Assembly (NCBI GenBank): GCA_002269645.1 | Contig: NIVC01000744.1 | Span: forward strand, 213,251 to 277,250 | Direction: 5' to 3' | DNA length: 64,000 bases | DNA from: Macrostomum lignano | Taxonomy: Eukaryota | Shown: in pieces, positions 1-9,970 of the stretch | Layout of the letters: each line of letters starts with the position of its first letter | How positions within the stretch are numbered: the first letter of the stretch is position 1 | Translations under genes and position numbers: made by a program | The notes under the pieces: generated by a model | Told to the model about the DNA's origin: nothing | Database searches by the model: none | The model's input: only the letters and a program-made list of their open reading frames with translations

Positions 1-272
1 TCCCCAGATCCCGACAATTGGCTACTCAACAGGCCAGCGTGCAGCCGCTCTTCTGCTCAGCTTCATCATCAATTAAGCATTCAGCTGGTTGCACGGGGGC
101 TCATGGCATGGGGAACATGTGCACATGAAAATATCCCAAAGCGGAGACAAGCCAGTCCGGTGCCTTCTCTCTCTGTTATTGGACATTTCTTCAGAGCAGG
201 ATGAATGATCCCCTAAACCCCTCACTGATGACCGCTGAGCAGACAATCTGCTTGTAAATGTCTACCTGATTA

Positions 273-745
273 CTTAGACTGGCGCCTATGTAGTATTTCA
301 AATTGGCGCCAATATCAAATCTAGCTATTTTAACCGGCGCTAATATCTAATCAAGTTATTCAAACCGGTGCCAGTATTTAATCAAGTCATTCAAATCGGC
401 GCTAATCTCTATCTAGTAATTTAAACCGGCGCCAATCTCTATCTAGTAATTTAAATCGGCACCAATCTCTATCTAGTGATTTAAATCGGCGCCAATCTCT
501 ATCTAGTGATTTAAATCGGCGCCAATATCTAATCTAGTAAATCAAGTTGGCGCCAATATATAATGTAGTAATTCTAATCTAGCATTTCACATCGGCGCCA
601 ATATCTAATCTAGCTATTTTAACCGGCGCCAATATCTAATCTAGTAAATCAAATCGGCGCCAATATTTAATGTAGTAATTCTATTCTAGCATTTTAAATC
701 AGCGCTAATATCCAATCTAGCTATTCAAACCGGCGCCAATATCTG
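273..745. repeat. Degenerate ~30-bp minisatellite (AAATCGGCGCCAATATCTAATCTAGTAATT)
   Basis: CGGCGCCAAT core repeated at about 30-bp spacing. Confidence 0.85.
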
Positions 746-1300
746 TCTTCGCAAGTATAACAAATAAAATTCGAAAGCAAAATACCGATTACCGATTAAG
801 ACAACAAATAAGCAATGAATTATATAAAAAATAATTTATTGTTAAGGACTGATTCGCAGCCGCAAAAGTACATTGCCACAGATAAGAATGAATTACGCGC
901 CCGTGCCGCCAGGAGAAAAATAAAATGAGGTTAAAATGCAGCCAGCAATGCATAACGCGCAGAGCTTCAATTGCCGAGTTGAGTGAAGAGTAGTAAAAAA
1001 TTGCGGATAAAATTGTTGAAAATAATGCTGCGCACGCTACTTACAGATAGCCACGAGTAGCACGGTTGGAATATAATAAATTAAAACAGAAATGTGGCAC
1101 GCACTGAGGAGCTTGGGTGCATAAGTTAGTTTAAGTTCACAATGAGAAAGATTTTGCTTTTTGATAAACCAGAGTTGCCAAAACAACTCCTGAACTCAGT
1201 GCGGGGTTCAGGATGACGATTACTGAAGGAAGAGATGGCTTCCGGGTTTGGGGCTAGGGTTAGGGAATTAATTCGGGAAAACACTTTTACGTCAGTAAGG

Positions 1301-1785
1301 TAGTTTAGGGTAGATCGTCGAGTGGTTTAGAGTAGGGTAGATCTGCAGGTAGTTTAGAGTAGATCGTTAGGTAGACCTTCAGGTAGTTTAAAGTAGATCG
1401 TCAGGTAGACCTTCAGGTAGTTTAAAGTAGATCGTCAGGTAGACCTTCAGGTAGTTTAAAGTAGATCGTCAGGTAGATTAGGGTAGATCATCAGGTAGAT
1501 TAGGGTAGATCGGCGGGTAGTTTAGGGTAGATCGGTGGGTAGTTTAGGGTAGATTGTCAGGTAGATTAGGGTAGATCGTCAGGTAGATTAGGGTAGATCG
1601 TCAGGTAGATTAGGGTAGATCGGCGGGTACTTTAGGGTAGATCATCAGGTAGATTAGGGTAGATCGTCAGGTAGATTAGGGTAGATCGGTAGGTAGATTA
1701 GGGTAGATCGGTGGGTAGTTTAGGGTAGATCGTCAGGTAGTTTAGGGTAGATCGTCAGGTAGATTAGGGTAGATCGTCAGGTATT
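1301..1785. repeat. 22-23 bp minisatellite (GGGTAGATCGTCAGGTAGATTA); many units contain TTAGGG
   Basis: Tandem array downstream of the RCC1 stop codon. Confidence 0.9.
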
Positions 1786-1909
1786 TGCATCGCGAAGGAT
1801 TGCCAGCGGGCGAAATAAGAGCAGACTTCTTCAGGTAGCTCGTACAGAAGCGACTGCCAATGAGCTTTAGGGGGCCCAGTTAATTCCCAATGTGGGTTAA
1901 ACCTGCAAG

Positions 1910-4900
1910 TCAGAGGCTGTTATTGTTGGCCTCGGCAGCCAGCAGAACGACGTGCTGGCCGCCGCCGCTGATGGCGAGAACCCGCAGGCCGTCCAGCTGC
2001 TTGCCTTCAACACGGGCGGGCGCGTGGGCGTCCGAGTCCTCCGGGCCGTGGCCGAGCTGCTTGTTGCTGCCCATGCCCCAGGAGAAGGCGGCGCCGTCCT
2101 CCGCCACGCAGAAGCTGCTGGCGGTCGCGCAGGCCACGCCGATGCAGCGCCGCTGCCCGATGCCTTCGCCGGCCGCCGCCGACTCCCCGCCAGCGTCTTC
2201 GGGCGCCTCAGCGGTCGTCGCTACGGGCAGCAGGCAGGCGCTGGCCGCCTCCCCGAAAGAGCGGCCGCGACCCAGTCGGCCGTATTCGCCTCGGCCGCAG
2301 GCGAACACGCCGCCTTCGGAGTCCACGGCTACGGTGTGGTGCTGCCCAGAGCTCAGCTCCTGCCAGCGGCGGCCTGCGGGGTTGGCGGTGTCAGACTGGG
2401 TAATTCACCTGTGTCAGACTGGGTAATTCACCTGTGTCAGACTGGGTAATTTACCTGTGTCAGACTGGGTAATTCACCTGTGTCAGACTGGGTAATTTAC
2501 CTGTGTCAGACTGGGTAATTCACCTGTGTCAGACTGGGTAATTCACCTGTGTCAGACTGGGTAATTTACCTGTGTCAGACTGGGTAATTTACCTGTGTCA
2601 GACTGGGTAATTTACCCGTGTCAGACTGGGTAATTTACCTGTGTCACACTGAGTAATTTACCTGTGTCAGACTGGGTAATTTACCTGTGTCAGACTGGGT
2701 AATTTACCTGTGTCAGACTGGGTAATTTACCTGTGTCAGACTGGGTAATTTACCTGTCTGTGTCGGGCTGGGTAATTTACCTGTCTGTGTCGGACTGGGT
2801 AATTTACCTGTGTCAGACTGGGTGTTTGACCTGTCAGACTGGGTGTTTGACCTGTGTGGCGGTCCACTGCCGCCAACTTATTAACATAATGCGGACTGCA
2901 GAGCTTTGCCTAAATGCCTCCCTTACTGTTATATCTATGGCCCAAATAGACGCTCAAATTGAGAAGCCAGGCCGAACTTGAGGCCTGGCAAGCGGACTTT
3001 TTTTACTCGCTCGCACAGCCTTAGGCGAGCCGCTACACCTGTTTATTTTTTCCTAGAAATCAATGAGCCATCACAATGATCTTAGGGGAGCCCTCCTCAC
3101 CATTGAACTCGATGGCAACGGCTGGGAAGAACCGGTTCTCAAGGTCGCCGGTGCCCAGCTGGTAGAAATTGTTGAGTCCCCAGGCCAGCACGAGGTCGCC
3201 AATGCCGCCGACGCCACCGCGCACCCTGGCAAAGCTGGCGTAGGCCCCGGCCCAGACGTCGTCGAACTGGGCGAGCCGGCGCCGCGAGTCCAAGCGAATC
3301 TCGCGCGGCGTCAGCAGAGCAGAAAGTCCGGCCCGACCGCCTCGGCTGGACGCCTGGCGCTCAGAGACCCTCCCGAGCTGGCCCTGGGCGGTGCGGCAGT
3401 TCTCAGTGCATTTGGGGTGGTTATTAGAGAATTTAGGCTGATTCTCACCTGCTCCCCGCAGCCGAAGGTGAACACGCGGCCAGCGCTAGTCAGGCAGATC
3501 ACGTGACTGGCACCGGAGGCTGATTTGACAGCCCGGCCAGCGTCGGCTGGCAGTTCCACCTGCACAGGCCGCGAACTCATCTGGCCGGCTCGGGTCAGGC
3601 CTGGGTCAGGTGGTGAGTTCGTTTGAGATCAGCGGTCATGCCAGGGTCACAGAGGTCAAGTGAGGTCAGGATACATGCGAGGTCAAGGGAAACGTGAGGG
3701 CAGATGTCAAGTGAGGTCAGGATGCATGCGAGGTCAAGGGTCATGTGAGGTCAGGATACATGCGAGGTCAAGGGTCACGTGATGTCAATAGATAAGTGAG
3801 ATCGGGTCAACGAAAATCAGGAACGATAACCAACCGATCACTCCGTTACTGTCCCTAAAGGTGCCCCAAACAAAGATGCGGCCAGACGCAGTGACGGCCG
3901 CAGTGTGGCTGTCACCGGCCGACAGGTGAACCACCGGGTCCTCAGCCGGGTCGGGCAGGCCGTCAGCCACGAGGGCGGGCCGGAACTCGCTGCCTTCATC
4001 GTCGGCGCCGCCCTCATCGGAAACGCTGTCGTCCCTTTCGGGCGCGTCAATAACCGGCCGGCCGAGGGCGCACTCGTCGTTGCAGCCGAAGGTGAAGACA
4101 CGGCCGTCGGCTGCCAGGCAGGCAGTGTGCATCCCTCCCGCCACCACCTGTGGAGCAGCGCGGGATCGGAAAGGAAATGTTAGCATTAGGGCGGTTCGTA
4201 AATCTCACCTCTTGGCACAGCAGGTCACAAATCTCACCCATCCGCATCCCAGGTCACAAATCTCACCCCATAGGAATCGAAGGTCACAAATCTCCCCCTA
4301 TAGGCATCGCAGGTCACAAATCTCACCCCATAGGCATCGCAGGTCACAAATCTCACCCCATAGGAATCGAAGGTCACAAATCTCCCCCTATAGGCATCGC
4401 AGGTCACAAATCTCACCCCATAGGCATCGCAGGTCACAAATCTCACTCCATAGGCATCGCAGGTCACAAATCTCACCCCATTCGCATCGCAGGTCACAAA
4501 TCTCATCCATCCGCATCGCAGGCCACAAATCTCACCAAATAAACATCGAAGGTCACAAATCTCACCCAATAGGCATCGCAGGTCACAAATCTCACCCCAT
4601 ACGCATCGCAGGTCACAAATCTTACCAAATAGGCATCGAAGGTCACAAATCTCACCCCATAGGCATCGCAGGTCACAAATCTCACTCCATAGGCATCGCA
4701 GGTCACAAATCTCACCCCATTCGCATCGCAGGTCACAAATCTCACCAAATAAACATCGAAGGTCACAAATCTCACCCAATAGGCATCGCAGGTCACAAAT
4801 CTCACCCCATACGCATCGCAGGTCACAAATCTTACCAAATAGGCATCGAAGGTCACAAATCTCACCCAATAGGCATCGCAGGTCACAAATCTCATCCATC

Positions 4901-5898
4901 CGCATCGCAGGCCACAAATCTCACCAAATAGGCATCGAAGGTCACAAATCTCACCCAATAGGCATCGCAGGTCACAAATCTCACCCAATAGGCATCGCAG
5001 GTCACAAATCTCATCCCATACGCATCGCAGGTCACAAATCTCACCCCATTCGCATCGCAGGTCACAAATCTCACCCATCCGCATCGAAGGTCACAAATCT
5101 CACTCAATGCGCATCGCAAGTCACAAATCTCACCCCATTCGCATCGCAGGTCACAAATCTCACCCATTCGCATCGAAGGTCACAAATCTCACCCAATGCG
5201 CATCGCAAGTCACAAATCTCACCCAATGCGCATCGCAGGTCACAAATATTACCCCATAGGCATCGAAGGTCACAAATCTCACCCAATGCGCATCGCAGGT
5301 CACAAATCTCACTCCATACGCATCGCAGGTCACAAATCTCACCCCATTCGCATCGCAGGTCACAAATCTCACCCATCCGCATCGAAGGTCACAAATCTCA
5401 CTCAATGCGCATCGCAAGTCACAAATCTCACCCAATGCGCATCGCAGGTCACAAATATTACCCCATAGGCATCGAAGGTCACAAATCTCACCCAATGCGC
5501 ATCGCAAGTCACAATCTCACCCAATGCGCATCGCAAGTCACAAATCTCACCCAATGCGCATCGCAAGTCACAAATCTCACCCCATTCGCATCTCAGATCA
5601 CAAATCCCCTCAGGCATGCCCAGGTGCTCACCTGAACGCAGCCGCAGTCGAGCAGTCCCACGCCAACCCGGGCAGGCCGCTTCCTGCTCAATGCGGAGTC
5701 CCCGAGTCCCAGCTGACCGGTGTCGCCTTCGCCAAGCGTGAGCACGCGGCCAGCAGTTTTGTTAAAGCTGGGCTGAATTTCCTGAGCGTCTCCGGCTGGA
5801 TGATGGCGGCGGGGACGCTTGGGTGCCCGCTGCTGAGCCGCCTCGGCTGCTTGCTGCTGCTGCTGCTCGCTGTTCACTCGCTTACGGGCGCGTGGCAT
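1910..5898 (-). CDS. RCC1: Regulator of chromosome condensation 1 (Ran GEF), 5 coding exons, about 492 aa
   Basis: Exons (minus strand): 5898-5632, 4147-3835, 3600-3449, 3383-3101, 2373-1910. All introns are GT-AG with matching phases (0,1,0,1). The spliced product has RCC1 blades in order: [157 protein letters not shown]. The N-tail is basic (PRARKR, PKRPRR). Stop TGA at 1912-1910. Confidence 0.95.
2387..2856. repeat. 23-bp minisatellite (GTGTCAGACTGGGTAATTTACCT) in RCC1 intron 4
   Basis: About 20 near-identical units abutting the acceptor site. Confidence 0.95.
3640..3782. repeat. Short degenerate repeat (GAGGTCAGGATACATGCGAGGTCAAGGG) in RCC1 intron 2
   Basis: Three imperfect copies are visible. 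Confidence 0.6.
4197..5606. repeat. 30-bp minisatellite (AGGTCACAAATCTCACCCCATAGGCATCGC) filling RCC1 intron 1
   Basis: About 46 units with a 210-bp higher-order block (the AAACATCGAA variant occurs at 4541 and 4751). Confidence 0.95.
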
Positions 5899-8800
5899 CG
5901 CGTTGGATGGCTGAAGGCAGCAGAAAGCACAATGGAATGACAAACACGTGCAGAATGAGATTTATGAGGCTGATATAAATGATGATGCTGCAGCTGGTTA
6001 TTGGGTAAAAAGGCTTTTTAGCTAGAGGTGCGCTGATATGGTTTGTTATACATTTATTTTATACCTATATAATGTATTTTTTGTAGAAAACTATTTTGCA
6101 CTAGCAAAAAATAAAATTTAGGAGGTTGTACATGTATTTATTTATGACCAAATTGTCTAATTATTAATCAATATATTTAACATTTTAGATAGGTTAAACA
6201 ATATAAGTGCTATAAAAGTAATAGAGTTTTACTATAAATTTTTTCCCCATATCTTAGTTAATTTCAATTAACTTGTAATAACTTTTTATGGTTTAATGAA
6301 ATCCAATGGCAGCAATTATTTTACTGATCACTAAAATATAGTGATAAAGTAAATAATGACAGCAATAATCTGGACTACTACTCATTAACAATTCAAGTTT
6401 ATTTATTGTATAAAAAGAAAAGCTATAACTGCTTTAAGTTATAAAGTTGTCTTAACTTTAAACTTTGACAATTTACTAACCCCAAAACATGCATATATAA
6501 TCCAAAATATTTGTTGTTTACCTCCCTAACAAGGAATTAAGAGCTTCTTTTGCATTGAGAATAAAAAATCATCTTAACATTTGTTTCCTAAACTTAAACT
6601 ATAAAATATAAAACCTTTGTCAAACAATCATTTTGTTATTTAGTTTATCAGATAGTAGATAAAACACAGCCCATTCTTTATTTTAAATCTTAATTAAAAT
6701 AACTTTTCTATAAAAGCCACATTTTAAGAAAGTAATTTGATGTTTTGCTAAATCAAGTTAGTTTTGTGGTAGTGCGGGCTACCACTGAGTGCAGATTGAA
6801 TAATTTTTGCATGACCAACTTGCATGATTTACCATTTGCCTCCCCAGTGACAAAATTGTTATTTCTCATAATGATGCCTAGCCCTACAGCTAGTCCCTCT
6901 TGTCCCCAACTTGGTTACGCCTCTATTCCCTCTATTGGACCCAACTTATGCACCCAATTTATTTCATTTTAATTTTTACTTTTTATTTCATGTTTGGCTC
7001 AACTCTGGGTTTTCCCCATTCCACACTTTGCCCCTTCAGTTGTCCTAAGCATTGGCACAAATCTATATAACTTAACCTGAATCCCTGCTAATCCTATTTA
7101 ATATTTTGTTAGCTCGTGTTAATTCAACTATTTTGGTGCTCTTTTTCTCTATTTCTCTCCTTATAAACCTATGTGAATTTTGATATTTCCATTATTAATC
7201 TATTGCCACACTCTTTTCAAAAACCATAACCAACTTATTTATCTTGCACTGCAGCACTGCTGAATTCATCTCACATACAGTCCAGCTGAGCTAATAACTT
7301 TATTAATAAATGATAATAACCTTTGCTACTTTGACATACATTGAATTATGGTGTCTAAGGACCCAAACTTGACAACTGTGCCTAACAAAGACCACTTGAC
7401 TATGATTATGACTATCCTTCCCTAGAATTAAAGACTGCAGCAGACAGAGTAACCAGGAAGAATTTGCTAAGATTCAACTGAATGATTTTCTAGCTTAATT
7501 TGTGCAAACTCAATGTAGGCAGGCAACAATTCAAATTTGCTCAACTGACCAACTTACCACTGGTAAGAAAAATTCCTTTCTTTCTTTCTTCTTCCATCCC
7601 TACCTTAATGCATTAAAAGGAACTTTACTTGTTATTATAGTGATGTGTTTCTAAAAAAACATGCATATTGAAATGGGAATTGTGTTTTTTTTATTTAGTT
7701 GATTATATGAAATATTCATTTTACTTTAATTGTGCTCTTGCCTCTTTATTTTAATACTGCTTTTTAGTTCTTATTTTTCATGCCACAAAGAAGGCAGATA
7801 TTTTGCTAGCCTGAGTATAGGAAAGCAATGAGAAATTCTAAACAAGCAATTGACTATGATGCCTATAGTAAATGGTATTATATTCTCTACAAAGCAGGCA
7901 TCAGGCAATCGCAAACCTTCTAGATAACCCAAGGAAGCCTTTTCGGTTGCTTCGCTCACCAGGAAATAACACTCATATGGCCATTTCCCCCCTCTACAAG
8001 TTTAGTCTCATTTTGGGAACTTGGAAAGCAAAGAATTTTTGTCTTTCCTTTACTATACACTGCACACTATTTATCTTTTTCTATGTTTTGCCTATATTTT
8101 CTCATGCAAGATATCACTTAGACAATAAAAAACAACTTCGATATCAATTCACTCTAAGCAATTCTCTGGTTTTCTAAACTAATTTTTTAATAAAACATTT
8201 GTATAATATATCATGGGATACAAGTGCTATGTTCCAGCTTGTGTTACTAATTTGCCTTGGTATAAGAAGGATCCAACTGTTTCTATCTACAAGTTTTTTT
8301 CTGTTGAGAATCTGGATCTGCTGAACAAGTGGATCCTTGAGAATCAATTCCTTGAGAATGGACTGAGGCTGAGCTGTGTAAGCTATGGTCTGACCCTAGT
8401 CACAATTATCAGGTTTGCTTTCTGCATTTTCTAGGTAAGTTTTTTGTGACTGTCTCTATCCTAACCCAAATCACAAAAGGCCTGCAGCTGATAATCCATC
8501 AACTGGTACTGCTAAGCTTAAAAATAAACATCTGATAGATGATGCCGTGCTATGCATCTTCCCAAATGTTGCACCCCACTTGAGCATGGCCATCCTAGAA
8601 AGCAGCAAATAGTTTGTGTATCCGCTGAGAGCCATTGAAAGAATAACATTCAACATTGCAAGGTAGAAGCAGAGGAGCCTTTACAAAAAGATGTGATTTC
8701 TGACTTTTACACTATTATGTCATACAATCTATCAGATCATTTAAAGTGCTTTTTCAAGGTGATCTTTGAATTAAGTGTAACTTTTATTACAATTAGAATG

Positions 8801-9970
8801 TCTATTGCTTCTTTTGCTAGAGATCTAGCAACTGATGATCTTAAAACCTTTGCCCAACTTGGAAATATCATAGCTAGGCTAAAAATCATCTAGCTATGAT
8901 GTTTGGAAGATGTCCATTTGGAAGATTTCTAGCATGGTTGTGAGGAGCACCTCTTACTAGCTCAGGAGGCAGTCACAAAAGCTATCATCAACTTGTCAGC
9001 TAAGATTGAAGTCAAGAATGATCAAGAGCTAGATACTTCTAGATTGAGCAATGACCCTGATATCAAGGCAACCAAAGATTATCTCAAGCTAAAAGTTGAT
9101 AGCTTGTCTAAGTCTGAGAGAGTAGTGCTTGTTGTAATTGATGAAACTTATTTGTTGAAGCAAAATGGAACTCAATAAAAACAAGATATTTGACAATGAC
9201 ATAGAAACCAATGAGTTTGCCAAAACTGTGTGCACTTTTTTGATCAAGTTGCTATGGAGACTTCTAGGAAATAATTTTTCTTATGCCAAAAAGTAGGCTT
9301 GGTGCTCTGGACTTGCAAAATCACTTCACTGACTGCCTTGATTTGCTTGATTGGGTTCACATGAAGCTGGTAATGTGCATTTTTGACAAAAATGCAGTAA
9401 ATAAAAGCCTCTTTTGGGGTCTTTTATATAAAGACAAGCTGCGATCATTAAATTTGAATCCAGTATCTAGCAAGCTGCTGTTCTTTCTCTTTGGCCCTGT
9501 ACACAACTTTAAAAACATCTTGAAAATTGGATCTTGTACCAGGTGTTTTAATTTCTAGACTTTACCAACCCCCTGAAAATCCAAACAGCAGATTTTTGCA
9601 ATTTGTATTAACTTTATAAACAAGAACTTAGGCAACCAGCTCAGATCATCTTTCAACTGAATATGAGCTACAAGGTCCTTGAATCCAACAAACATGGAAG
9701 ACTAATATTCAGCATGCATCCAGCATCTTTAGCGAGTCTACTATAGAAGCAGCAAAGTTATACCATTTTCCTCTGGCTTGGTAGCCTTCCTAGCGCTCAT
9801 TCTTAATGTGTGGACAATCTGGAATGTCAAGACCACTTGGTAAGCAAAGGAAAAATGGCTCCCTAATGCCACTCTGCTAGTGCCAAACCATTACTACCTC
9901 AACAAGCTGCGCCAGTTTGCCACTTTTTTAACATTGGAAGGATTCAAAGTTGTCTGGCTTGATTGTTCCT

